Shown here: positions 10,610-23,839 of the stretch, piece after piece
Numbering within the stretch: position 1 is the stretch's first letter
Layout: the number at the start of each line of letters is the position of its first letter
Source: Monocercomonoides exilis PA203
Taxonomy: Eukaryota; Protista; Preaxostyla
Assembly (NCBI GenBank): GCA_001643675.2
Contig: LSRY02000021.1
Span: 930,001 to 994,000, forward strand
Reading direction: 5' to 3'
Length of the DNA: 64,000 nt
Program-made: the position numbers and the translations under genes
Notes under the pieces: generated by a model
Told to the model about the DNA's origin: nothing
The model's database searches: none
Seen by the model: the letters and a program-made list of their open reading frames with translations, nothing else

Positions 10610-13600
10610 ATGTACTTCATCATCACTTTGCTGATGATGTACAATTCTGTTTTTAATTTAATTTGGCCTGGCATTTCATTTCTTCAAAGCACACAAGTTA
10701 TGTGTGAAGAAAGAGAATATCCATCATTTGATATTTCGAACAAACAATCTAAAGACATTTCACAACTCAAATTTTCTTTGATCAAATCAATAAATACAAC
10801 AATCTCAAACGTTGAAGAAGATTTAGAAATAACTTCTCTTTTTATGAAGGAGAAAACTCGAAATGCTTTTTTAATTGCAAATTCATCTTTAGTTATTGAT
10901 TGCGTTAATGTTTCAGTTCCTAACTTTTGCAGTTTTGCAAATGTTTCATTGGATTCAAAATTATCATTAATTTCTTGCACTATTTTGTTGAATAGTTCTT
11001 TAACATCTCCTTTGATTTCTCAAGGAACAATTACAATGTTTAATCTGACTACTCACTTTTTATTTTCTTCACATACACTTCATTCTTCAATAGTAGAAAT
11101 GAGGAATGGAAATGGAAATGTTTTTATGTTTTCATCTTATTTTTGCGATATGAATTTGCGTAATTCTTTCCTTTCATGTGGAAATGGTTACAAAGGGCAA
11201 ATTTCTCAGTGCTTCTTTTCTAATGTTACAACATCTAGTATTTTTCATGCATCGTATCAATCTTCTTTTCTCACAATGTCAGTTTTAAGTGATAGTGAGT
11301 TTTTGAGTTGTCAAAATGTTTTTTATGGTGGAGTAGTTCTTGGGTTAGATCATCATTGCACCTCATTTTCTTCTTTTAATTCTTCATTCACAGAGTGTGA
11401 ACATCGACCCTTTAGGCTTTCTCGAAGGCCCAACGATGAATACATCCGATCTCGCCAAGTCTGCTTTCAATCAGCTTCATTCTCATACAACAATTTTGCT
11501 GCCTGTTCAGCGAAGCCGGAAGAGGACGTGTGCGGAAGCGACGACGGGAACCCGTCAGGGACCGATTTTTGCTGCGGAGGAGCGATCTTCATGGCAGCTG
11601 CAGGCCCTGCCCAGACAGCCGGTGCGGAGTGTACCGATCCCACAGGCACGGGCAGTGCGCTTCCATCGCTCTATGTCGATGCCTGCACTTTTGTGATCTG
11701 CCAGTGCCGGTCGCATGGAGGGTCGATCTGCATTCTCGGAGCGCAGAATGTGGAGATGCACAACTCGCCGTGCAGACTGGGGAAGACTTCGTATGGGAAA
11801 GGAGGGGTTTTGTTTGCACGTAATGTTGAAGGCGGAATCATCATTACAGAAGGAGAATTCAATAACAGCTGCGCAGCTCAGCTTGGAGGAGCATTTGTGT
11901 TTGAAAATGTGAATATGAAGCAGAATCAAGGTTTGTTGCTATTTGCAATTTTTAATTTAATAAAAACGCAAAACAATTATGAATCGCATTGACACATTTG
12001 ATGTTGAATTAATTATTTGTATTTTTTGTTTATTTTTTTAAACAAGACGGCTCGCTTGCCACGGTGATCACATCAGCTGTCATCAGCAACTGCAGCTGCA
12101 GCGACACGAATTACGGCGCAATAGCGTTTGATGTTCGATCTGACAACTATCCGCTTCCAGAAGCCATCTTCAACTGCCTGTTTTTCACTGAGTGTATGCA
12201 GGAAAAAGGTTACGGCCCCATCTGCGGCATCGTCATCGACGATACAGAAGCCACACTCGCCACAAAATCCCTCTTTTCGCAATGCTTTTCCGACACAAGC
12301 GAGAACTTTGTGTATTTTTCCCGCAACAGCACCACTGCCAGCGACTGGATTCCGAGCGAGGTGAAGCACCGCTACATCGCCAAGACGCCCTCTACTCCTT
12401 CTCTAAGCTCGTCTCTGTGTGGCGCAGTGATCAACTTCCCCTGCCAGGACATCGCAATGGCGCTTTCCTATCTCAAAGCCGACGGCATCGAGTACACACT
12501 GCAGGTGCCCATCACCACGATCAACCAGGCAGCGAAGCTGAACATCAAGTCGAAGCGCGTCAAAATCTGTGGCATGTCCCGCGAGGAAACAACCATTGCG
12601 CCCTTTGCCACGGCAAGCCGCACCATCTTCGCTGTTACAGACGGGAGCCTGACGATGGACACGCTCAGCATAAAATGCCAGACGAACGGAAATTCCCTTC
12701 TTTTGCCGCTGTTCACGCTGACTGCGCCAGCAGGCAGCATCTCTTTTGTGCAGGTGGTGTTTGTGGGGCACGACGTGGGGATTCCAGAGACCACGCCTCT
12801 AGTGCTTGTATCGATGAGCGGCGGGGCGCTGGCGATGAGAGGGTGCATTTTAACCAGACTGGATGTACTCAGGTCGATTGTGCTGGTGACACGGGTGGAA
12901 AAAACAGGGAGAGAGCGAAATTCGCTTTCTTCTGATAGTTCAGAGGGAGTGATTGTGCAAGTTGCGAACACAACACTGACAAACATTGAGGAGCAAAGCG
13001 GGTCAGCATCGTTTCTGTCGTCAAAGCTCGATTCTGAGTCAGCTGACACCACACATCTGGAACCCATACACTTCGATGCACAAAATACTACGTTTGGCTA
13101 CTGCACATCGATGCTTTCACAGAAAGGAGGAGCAATTTGCATGGAATATGCAGCAGGGAATACATTGAAGATGGCCAACTGCAGCTTTCTTGGCTGTGGG
13201 TGTGCAGAAGAAGGGGAAGAAGGGGAAACACCACAAATGACAGGCAGAGGCGGAGGAATATTTGTGAACATTGCGGTGCTTGGGACGCAATTTGGAGCAG
13301 TGGTCCGTTCAAATGGCTTGGAGTCTGCGCTTAATCTCCAGCAGATGGTGTTTAAAGCGAACACAGCAGCGATTGGAAGAGACATGTTTATTGTGATGGA
13401 GAGTGCGGATCAAATGACTATACCACTTCTTGGCATCAACATCGACTACAGCAACTTCAACGTGACAAACTCGATTTACGCAGCAGGTTTGTCTCCGAAT
13501 GGAATGGCAGACACAAACAGCGAAATTGATATGTTGGAAAAGCTGCTGTTTTACAATGCATCTGAGGTGCTGGTTTCTTCGGTTGATGGCCGTGACAACA

Positions 13601-16512
13601 GGCTCTGTGGAAGGCTCGATGCACCGTGCAGGACTCTTTTGGAAGGGGTGCAGCATCTTTCGGTATTGAATTCTGCAGCCTCAGCAGATGTTCCTCTGTC
13701 TCCTGTGTGTTATGAATCAGAAGCAGCAAAGCTGTTCACTCGAAAAAGGATGCCGGAGATTTCTCTTCCAGTCAAACTTCTCACAAAAAATCGTGATGTT
13801 TCTTCAAATAACAATGAATTCTATTCTTATTGTGAGTCAAAGCCAACAACATTGATTGGAAAGCGACACAATACCGATGCCATTCTGATGATTGAAGGCG
13901 TGCTACAAATAGAAAATGAGTATCTTTTTTCATCTCTGCAAATAGATTCAAATTCGCATTCATCAGCTTCTGAAGCTACAGAAGCAACCATTCAGAGTTC
14001 ATCATCATCGCCCTCCTCCTCCTCCTCATCATCGTCATCATTATCACCACCACAGCCATCACCATCACCATCACCACCATCATCATCAATTCACCAAAAT
14101 TATGTAAATACTTCACCTCAACCTCAATCAACCAAAAACTCTTATTTTGATTCCGGACAGTTTGTTTCATTTATCCTCGCTGCTTATTCAGAATCAGCCC
14201 AGTTGCTTGTTGGCACTGTGCCACATGCGCAACAGCAAGGAATCGCAGAATTTGAAGGCAGCTGTGCCATTCAGCAGATACATTTTCATTTCAAACAGGA
14301 TTCGGTTTATGTTCATGATTATCTTTTGTATGTGAGGCAGGGCAGTTTGGAGCTGAGTCATGTGATGTTTGGTGAGTCTGAAGCAGCCAGCCAATCACAC
14401 AGAATATCACCGAAAAGCAGTGAAAAGGAGTATCATCAACAACTTTTGACAGAAAAAAATGAAAAAACTGAAAACAGAACTAAATGTGGCATTGACAAGC
14501 AGTGTTTGATGAATTCAACTTCTGCTATTTCTGCTTCAGCCGCTACCACTACTTCAGTTGGTATTACTCTCATTGGATGCAGCTCGTTAACTTCGCTTGT
14601 TCTTTCTGACGTCTCTGTAAAATCGCTTCTTTTGCCATGTTTCTTTTCTTTTGTTAATCCCTTGTCTGTTGTACTTTCTGGTGTTTATTTCAGTCAATCA
14701 AAGACGAACTTAAACGGCCAGAGCTCTTTTTCGTTCAGTTCGCATTCATATTCACATTCACATTCACATACGTCATATCTTTCATCATCATCATCATCTT
14801 CTTCTTCTTCTCTTTGTCTGCATTCCTCAACAGCAAATACGCAAATCACTCACAAATTCTCTTCTCAATTGAACAGCCTCACCCACACACACTCAAATGA
14901 TCAGACGATGATTTCCATCACAAACTGCCCGTCTGTTACAATCGACAACTGCACCTTCACTTCTCAGACAACTTCAACAAACCAATCTCTTCATTCATTC
15001 GAAAACGCAGCTAACAATATTTGTGACTGGACAACTTCTCTTGTGTGTTTAACCAGCTGCAACGCACTTATTTCTCGTTCTTCGTTCACAAACTCTCCAA
15101 TCGGCGCACTGCGGATCTCAAACAGCAACGTGACTGCTCAAGAAATAGACTTTTCCGGGAACAATCCGCAGAGCCAGCAATACCCGTCCTACCGCCGCAA
15201 CGTTGTGTGTGATGGCCTTTCTTCGCTGGATGTTGTGAGTCTGCGAGGCGGAGACGGAGTGAATGAAGGTGATTCTTTGTGGATACTAAACAAAGGCTGC
15301 ACTTTGAAAGGGGTGGCTGCTTCTCGACCTTCCTCGTTTTTTGTCCCTACGTTGTTGGATGTCTCGTCCACAGCGATTCATTCGTCCATCGAGCTGATAT
15401 TCAATGGCACTCTTTTGCTTCCGTGTGGCCTCTCCTTTCAGGTGACCTCGTCGTCTGCACAAGGAAGCGTGAGCGACTTGTATCGTCTGAGTGAGTATGT
15501 GTCTGAAAGTGTGGCTGTCGGGTCGATCCCGCTGTCGGTCGTTGCGAATGCCTCCAGCGACACCGAAGTGTCTGTATGTATTTTGTATCAGGGGAGTTCT
15601 GATGCAGCACAAAAACTCTGCACAAATTCGATTGTACTGAAGAACGGGTCGAAAGCGGGTGCGCTTAATGACGGTGGCGGGATATCTGACCTGACGAAGA
15701 GACAAATCATCACTTTTGCTTCGATCGGCGGCGCTGTGGTTGTGGCTGTGGTGGCGTTTGTTATCATCATGATTGTTCTTGTGAAATACAAGCGGAAAAA
15801 ATCAGAGAAAATTGTTGATGTGAAACTTTCTCAATCAACTTCAGAGCTCGATTCACTGAAAAATGAGGAGCTGCAAAATGAAGGCTGTGTACAATGCGTC
15901 CCGATTCAACAGAACACAGAGGCAGATTTCGCTTCTCTGCCAGCCGTGTCATCAGAATGCATCCTTCAAAATTCGTGTTCGGTTTCTTGTGTCACCAGCT
16001 GTGATGAGAATGCAAGTGACAACGAAGCAGAAAAAGGCAAAAACGAGCTATTTGCAATGCGGTCGTCGACTGATGCTCTGCTTTCTTCGATCTCACAGCC
16101 AAACGGACTGAGCGTTCTTCCTTCTCTTTCTGCGGAGTCTTCGTGTGTACCCCATTCACCGGCGAGCCATGGAGCTGCCAATCTTCAGTCTGTCGCTGCA
16201 TCAGAATGCAACATGCAGCAAGCAGACGCCAACATCAACTCAAACACGAACGCTTACGCTAACGCTAACGCTAACGCTAACACTAACACCAATAACAATA
16301 CTAACACAAGCATTAACACTAGCACCAGCAGCGACAGCATCATTCTTCAGTCCTCTGGCTCTTCTGTCTATTCATCCACCGAAGGCTCTCTGAACATCGA
16401 TCTGCAGTCCTTTGCACTTTCGTGCATACCCATTTCTTTCAAGCCGTCCAAAGATGCCATTATGCATTCTTCCTCCCTCAAGCATTCTTCTTTGTTTTTC
16501 TTCGGTGAATGA
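10610..16512 (+). CDS. ~1928-aa Cys-rich GGA-repeat (Pmp/beta-helix-like) type I membrane protein without a kinase-like tail
   Basis: ORFs 10610 and 12064 join in frame through intron 11931-12046 (G|gtttgt...aag|AC, phase 1). Hydrophobic N-terminus, GGAI/GGSI/GGVL repeats, CG..PC motifs, RRNVVC and GGDG..SLWILN family motifs, TM segment followed by KYKRKK. Confidence 0.85.
16253..16330 (+). repeat. Coding hexamer repeat (AACGCT/AACACT) encoding NANANTNT
   Basis: Tandem aacgct/aacact units. Confidence 0.7.
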
Positions 16513-17248
16513 AAGACAAGTAATTATTTTCTGATTATCTGGGATGGGGAAAAAAGTGAATTTCAGATCATCGGATGGTTGTGTTAAATGTCATGTGCTT
16601 CAATTATGTTTTCTTCTTCTTTTTACATTTTTTAAAAGTAGTTATATATAAATGTTTTTTTCATTATTTAATTCTTTTTCTCCACCCAGATTATTGGATT
16701 TTTTTTATGAAATTTTTAGCATCTTTTTAAAGCCAGCTATGTTACCTATACGCACACTTATTTATTGAATTCATAGTTTTATTGAAACTGAATTTCAAAA
16801 TTTATTAACTTTTTAATGGAATGTCCACTGAATTTTTTCTCGATTGTTGTCTGCGCTTTTTTTTTAATATTTTTTTTTTCTTAATTCGAACTTTGGCAGC
16901 TGAATTTTATAATTAGCAATGCCAAATTTATATTTTTCCTTCACTTTTCAGACAGATTTATGCATTAATGTTTATTTACACGATTTTTCTATTGAAGAAC
17001 TTGTATATTTTCGTTTGAAATGTTTGATTTTCAGGTTCAATATTATTGTTTTGCATTTAAAGACATAAAAATGAATAGGAAAAAGCAACAATAATGCGGT
17101 TGTTTGTCTTCTTCAGCTCGTGAATTGATAATGACATGCATGAGATGCGTGGAAATGAGCAACGAAATGCGAATGAAATTGAAATGAGAATGATAAGATC
17201 AATTGTTGTAAATGTTTGTTCGCTTCAAATTATCTTTTGATAAATATT

Positions 17249-18014
17249 CTACGGTCCAGATGGAAGATCAGGACGAGTAAAATCCCATGTGGTTGATCCA
17301 TTATATTTGACATTCAAACTTTGTGCTTCAGTTGAGTAAACCATCTTCAACAAGCAGCAATTTGAATAAATTTCTCTTCCATCCAAAGCTTCCTTTGCGG
17401 CTCTTGCTTCTTCTGGAGTTCCAAATTCAGCTAAAAATTGAATTCCATTTGTATGGAAAATCACAATTCTCAGAACATTATAAGGCTTCAAAATAGCTGT
17501 AACAATTTCCATATTAATTGGATAAAGTGGATTATGAACAGTTGCAAGCAAAATCTTTTCTCCTCTGTGTTCAACAAGTGCTGAATAGGAAAAAAATAAA
17601 AATTATTTTCTAATATTCAAAAAAAAAACTTTTTTAGAAAAACAAACTTCTTCTGTAAGATGGCTCCCTGTTAATTGACACGCTTTTTGAATATTGAATA
17701 AAAAATTTTTTCCCCTCAACATCGACTTCTCTTCCACCTGTAAACTCAAAAGCTTTTTTTGCTGAATCAATTGAGTCCATTTCGGCTAACGCTTGTCTGA
17801 TACGTGGCATTGTGACAACATATACAACAGTACCAAAATTTGCCAAAAATGGTAAAAGGAAGTTGAGATCAACTTCCTTTTCAAGTGGAGTGGCTGTTCT
17901 GATGTGAAGAACCTTTGATGGAACAGTTGTATAAATCGGTCTTTCTGTCATAGACGAACGCATTCCAGTTCCAGAAGACATTTGCGATGAATTGCTATCG
18001 CTAGGATATGACAT
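17249..18014 (-). CDS. hnRNP L / polypyrimidine tract-binding protein family, two RRMs
   Basis: PSKVLHIR...QALAEM...FIQYSKS (RRM1). An intron at ~17581-17647 joins it to ILLATVHNPLYPI...RIVIF..NGIQ..EF...LDGREIYSNCCLLK...LNVKYN...WDFTRPDLPSG (RRM2, typical of hnRNP L/PTB). Confidence 0.88.
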
Positions 18015-18395
18015 ACAACGAATAACGCTTCAAGAACAAAAACGTCACCAAGGGAAATTATTGATCAACATTATCCATTATTTAAATATTTTGGGTGGAA
18101 TTATCATGTTCATTTGTAATTTGTGAATGGAATGTTTCGTTTCGTAAAACAAATAAATGCATATCTTAAACAGTTTTTATTTTTATTTTTATTTTATTTT
18201 ATTTTTTATTTTTTATTTTTTATTTTTTGAATTCGATTACGTTCAATAAATGTCTCAATAAAAAAAAAAGAAGAAATTTTATAGTTCAAATCAATGCAAT
18301 ATTCGGCATATGAAATGGCGAGAAAGAAGCGTTAAGTGCGAAAAATTGAAGAATCTTTCAAAATACTTCAACTCTACTCATTTGTTTCCTTTTCT

Positions 18396-19453
18396 TTAGT
18401 TGCTCTTCTTCAACCTGATAGCTCTATCCTCCATCTTTGAGATACGGATACCCTTGTTCTTTGGAATAGAGATCCATGGCATAGCTCCTTTTCCAATCAC
18501 AAACACGTAGTTTTGACGAGTGGCAAATGAATTTCCACCCAAATCTTTGATGTGAACAATCTCGTGAGATCCAGGATGCTTCTCTTTTGTGGTAATCATT
18601 CCAATACGACCAGCGTTACGACCACCAGTTGCCATGCAAATGTTTCCGACCTCAAACTTGATCCAATCTGAAATCTTCTTTGTCTTCAAGTTGATACGAA
18701 CAGTGTCATTAACCTTGATCTTTGGATCAGGGAAGCGGAAAGTGCGTCCATCATGAGTAACGCAATATGGAATGCTTCTGAATCCAAGTGCAACACGCTG
18801 GACTTTTCCAAGTTTGTACTATATTAATTGATTTGTTGTGTGTTTAAAAAATAAGGATTTCTTGAAAATATTTTGAAAATGAAAGAATTTCAAACAGTTG
18901 CTTCCTCTGGGCGAATTCTGTGGAGAAGGAATCTTCCTTTCACATCGTACAACAAACGGAAATGCTCGTTGGTTTTTGGAATTGAAATAACATCTGAAAC
19001 AGAGAAGATTTTTTTAAAATGATGAAATATTCGTTTGAGAAATGAAATACAAAAATAAGTAAGCAATAAAAAGTAATTACAATGCACACCTTGGAATCCA
19101 AGGGGGTATGTTGGATCTGTGCGAACAACACCATCAACCAAAACGTTTCTGTGGTGCATAACCATTCCAGCTTCTCTTCCAGTAAGTGCATAGTGAAGAC
19201 GATTTCTGAGCACAATAATTGCTGGGATGCATTCTCTTGATTTGTGTGGTCCGGGTGATGGTTTTGGTGCCTGTGATTAAAAACATTCAAGTCGCGAATT
19301 TTCCACAATTAAAAAATAATTGAAGAAGTTAATAAAAATTCAACAAAAATATTCCAAAATTCATGTGCGTACCCATGTTCCACCAAGCTTGTTCAGCATC
19401 CAGTGACGTGGTGCGGCTAAACGTTTCAAGTGCTTCTTTGGTCCTCTCACCAT
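18396..19453 (-). CDS. RPS4: 40S ribosomal protein S4 (eS4), 4 exons
   Basis: [20 protein letters not shown]...[10 protein letters not shown]...[10 protein letters not shown]...[12 protein letters not shown]...GGRNAGRIG...[12 protein letters not shown]. Three GT-AG introns. Confidence 0.97.
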
Positions 19454-19703
19454 TGTTGTATTTTGATCCTAAATTTTCCCCCATTCATTGAAATGCTTGT
19501 ACAATGGGTGGGATCGCATTTTTTTCAATTCATTTCAAATTTTTGAAAAATACTTTGTTTTTAATAAATTGATAAATTTTTATATCAATCAAATTACCAG
19601 AACTAAAAGATGAAAAAAAATGAGCGTTCGCTTCCTATTAGTTTGAGGGAAGTGTTAGTTATGAATTGATCTCAAAGAACTGACAAATGAAAGATTATGA
19701 GAT

Positions 19704-20503
19704 TTACTTTCCTCCTTTCTTCTGACCTTTCTTATCTCCACCTTTCACTGCCTTCAAAAGCTTCTTCTCCTTTTTCTGTTTTCTCTCCTTCTTCACCTTT
19801 GGCTTCTTCTCCTTTTTAACTTTTGGCTTTCTCTTTGGAGCATCAATGGCAGCAACACGTTTTGAGTCTCCTGAAATCTTCAAAATCTGTCCACGTAATT
19901 GCTTTTTCTCTGTTGCAGCAGGATTGACAATGATACGTGAACGATAAGCCTTCAATCTGTTAATGTTCTCCAATCTTTCAGTTCTGCGACGATGATCAAT
20001 TGAAATGCAAAAACGTTTTGCCATGACCTGTGAAATTTTTGCTTTCTATGAACATGAAGTGTGATTTGCATGAAATATTTTTCAAAAAAAAGTTTTATCT
20101 CACAAATAATCAAATTCAAACTTTCAATTCAGCAAGGGAATATCCACGTCCCTCTCTAACTTTCATGTTGTAACGTTGAGTGGGGCAGTGAATAACTGGA
20201 CGGAACTCTCCATCAAATGGACGTGGGAAAATCTTTCTTGCTTTCTTAAAACGGTGGATTCTTTAATATTTTTTTATCATAAATAATTGTTGTTGAATGA
20301 AATGTGCGAAAAAACGAGGGGGAAATAAATGTTATTCACATTAACTTTTTAATAAGATAACATTTAAAATAGAAAGCATACCTACGGCGCAATTTCTTTC
20401 CAGCTTGGTCAAAATATGTTCTCACCAAACCCTTCTGGGAAGTGTTCTGATTCCAATGTTTGCGCAAATGTACGCTTTGAATAACGTTATTCTTTGAGAC
20501 CAT
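19704..20503 (-). CDS. RPL13: 60S ribosomal protein L13 (eL13), 3 exons
   Basis: [14 protein letters not shown]...[15 protein letters not shown]...PRP...[27 protein letters not shown]...IDHRRR...[11 protein letters not shown]. Two introns. Confidence 0.95.
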
Positions 20504-20773
20504 TGTTTGCGGATCGCTTTAGGCAGACGAGAAACAAAAGTGTCCAGATAAAGGGTCGTATTACGGCTTTTAATGATCAAATGAATAATTATGGAAATAT
20601 GGGTGAACTTCAAAGAATTCAAATTCTTTATGCAATTGTGTAAGTTAAATTTGAATGTGTGTAATATGACAAATACATAATGCATTCGGGAAATGAATTT
20701 CGAAAAAATCTATCTAATCAATTATAATGAAAAAATTCAACAAAAAATAATTCAATTTCAAAAATTATCAATT

Positions 20774-20950
20774 GGGACAAATTTTTTTGTTTCACGAATT
20801 TTGTTCATCGCAGTTCTTTCAAAGATTTTTTTCGATTTTCATATTTTCATATTTAATATAGCACTTCAATGTTGGAATAATAATCATATAATTGCAGAAA
20901 AAGTTTGAAACAAATCATTGAAATTTTCATAAATGAAAGAATTCTGTCCC
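20774..20950. mobile_element. 177-bp degenerate foldback with GGGACA termini and AATT flanks
   Basis: aatt-GGGACA...TGTCCC-aatt with loosely complementary arms. Shares its terminus with family A. Confidence 0.5.
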
Positions 20951-21098
20951 AATTCAAAGTCGGAATTGATTTTTAAATTTTCGAAATTTATTTATCACTG
21001 AAATTTTTTATTTATCTTGAGAAAGATTTTCAGTTAATACAAGATAAAATATTAAAATTCAATGAAAACTGTTCTCAAAATTGCAATTATGAATAAAT

Positions 21099-21366
21099 GT
21101 GACAAAATATTTCACTTCAGGCATTTTCATTTAAAATTTATGCATCTTCGATGAACTTCTTATGATAAAAAAATTTGAAATAAATGAGTTCATTTTTTGA
21201 AATACGTTTGAGGTCTCAAAACATAATGTTGTTGAATCAATAATGTTTGTTTTCATATATGAAAATCATATTAATTTTTACATCTGGCAAAGTTTAATAA
21301 TGTTATAAGCGAAACAATTCTTTCATGATTTGTGCAAAAAAAGCTTGAAAGTCCATATTTCCCCCC
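21099..21366 (+). mobile_element. 268-bp MITE family A, copy with AAAT TSD
   Basis: Colinear with 4632-4899 and the same length. AAAT at 21095-21098 and 21367-21370. Confidence 0.8.
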
Positions 21367-22348
21367 AAATAAAAATTTTCAGCTTTTTCTTTAATTTCAA
21401 AAATCATCACTCAAATGATAAATTAATTGACTAATAATTCATTCTTTTGAATAACATGATGAAAAGATATATTTTTCTACACATTTATTGAATTACAAAT
21501 GAAAAGGATTTTTTTTCACCAAAAAATTTTCAGTAATTTTTTGCAATAATCAAAAATAAATCATTTCTATATTGGTGATCATTTTTGAAATCATATTTGT
21601 TCTTTAAAAAATTTCGATTCGGAAATTTCTTTTGAATGAAACACAATGTATACTGAAAAGTAAACAGTCATATTTAAGACCTCTTGATTTTTATTTCAGA
21701 TTATGCATTTGCCTTTGAAATAGTTGCGATTATTAAAGCACTTAAATGGGAAATTACTTCTCAAAGGCTAATAATCTTTGAAAAATTTACACCCCGAAAA
21801 AATTTATGATTTCAAAAATAATCACACATATGAAAATGAATTCATTTTCTTTTTGAATTGAATTCAATAAATATATTTTCAATCAAAATGAGTGATATTT
21901 TTTCCAAATGAATACGCAACATTTTTTGAAATATTGATAATCAAAGAGAACTGACGAGATAAAAATAAAGAGAATATAAACTCCGAAACACATGTTATTC
22001 ATTCAACAAATCAATATTATTTTTGTTTCGAAATTGTAAATTTCTTTTTCTAAATTAAATTAACAAATTTCGATATAAAGTTAAAAATTTTCGAATTAGG
22101 ATTATTAATTTTCAATTTTGAATTATTTTTATTCATTTAAGAATTATTTTTGGTGAAATAAAAAAACATAAACTTTTTTTTAGTTATTATTTTTTTTTCT
22201 AAACGTGTTTTTCTTTTGAAATAGTTTTTTATGATTTTATTTGTGTTTGACAAAACAGAACATCGTTAAATCATAATAAGATTTCAACAAAAAAAATATG
22301 TTCTGATTTATTAAATACACATTTTTATCATTATTGACTTTCCAAAAA

Positions 22349-22394
22349 AATAAATAAAATAAAATAAAATAAAATAAAATAAAATAAAATAAAA
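22349..22394 (+). repeat. (TAAAA)n microsatellite
   Basis: Tandem taaaa units. Similar tracts near 18175, 40250 and 57500. Confidence 0.85.
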
Positions 22395-22585
22395 ACGAAA
22401 ATAATAAAAATAAAAACAAAGATACATTTGGGTTATTGTTTTTCGATATCAAAAATTTTCAAAAAAAATATTTGACCGAAAAATTCTCTTGAACATTAAC
22501 AAATGAACACTGATAAATAAAAAAGACTTTATGAAGACATGGGAAATTATTTTTGAAATCACAACTTTTTTTAAATTGTCGATAT

Positions 22586-22865
22586 GGGACAAAATATTTT
22601 TCTTCAGGCATTTTCTTTGAAAAATGATGAACTTTTCATGACTTTTAGAGAACATAAAACACAATATAAATAAGAACAATATTTCACATTTGTGAATGGT
22701 CACAATTCTTTTTGTTTTAATTTCTATAGATAAATTGTGAAATAAAAAATTATTTCGAAAAATTTTGATAATTTCAAGATTCCACAGTAATTTTAAATAA
22801 AAGGCAATGTTTTTAAAAAAAACCTGTTTTTTTCAATTGTGGCCTGAAAGTCTTGCATTTATCAA
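22586..22865 (+). mobile_element. Diverged family A MITE copy
   Basis: atat-GGGACAAAATATTT..CTTCAGGCATTTTC matches the family A start. Similarity decays downstream and the right end is approximate. Confidence 0.55.
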
Positions 22866-23839
22866 TAAAACAATTTTTTTCTGTTTGTAGTTTAAAGAAC
22901 ATCAACAATAAATATTTTATAATATTTTTAACAAACTTAGCATTTTTTGTGAGTTTTTTTAATTTTTTGATCATTTTCCTTCGAATGTGAAAATGAATCG
23001 TTTTCTAATAATAATGAATTTTAGCATGAAGATAAACGTTCAGCGAACATTTGCATCCATTTATATCAGAGTTTTGACTCAAACCTGATGAATTTCACTT
23101 TTTTGGCATTTCGAAATTACCATTTCATTTTTGAAATAAAAAAGGATGAAAATAAAAAGATATTTCATAATCGACAAGCAATATAAAGTAATATTATGTT
23201 TATATAAAACTCATTTTGAGTCATTCAGATTGAAAACTATGAAGTTATTCAAATGATCAATGCGTTTTCAACATTTTTCGGTATATATAGATGAAAACAA
23301 AAGAACATTCAAAAACTGAGTGACAACAAGTGCTTATATCCGTCGTTAGTATTATCGATTAATATCATTTTCTTTCTTTTAGGATTTCTCTCATTCGGAT
23401 TTTTTCGATGGATATTGAATCTTTCTGTGTGCAACGCTTTTACCAAAATAAAAGATATATATAATATAAAATTCTTAGCTGGTGTGAAACAGTTATCGAA
23501 TGAAATATTGAATTTTACAAAAATTTCTTTCTTTTTTAATGAAAACAATAACTTTTTGAGTTTGAACTCTGCAGTAAGGAACAACAGAAACAGAAATTTA
23601 TCAGAATCAAAAGACTGATTGATCTTTGTGAATGTTTCTTTTCCCTGAGCTCCTAATTCAAGTCAATATATCTTTTGATTTGAATGGTTGGTCTTTTGAA
23701 AGTTGTTTTAGCAGAAAGAAGAAAATAATTAAACTCAAAAAGAAATGGAATTATCAAAACTGATATTGAGCAATATTGATATGTTATTTGTTTGAAATTG
23801 AATTATTTTTGACTATTTATTGATTTCTTTCTCGTTCAT

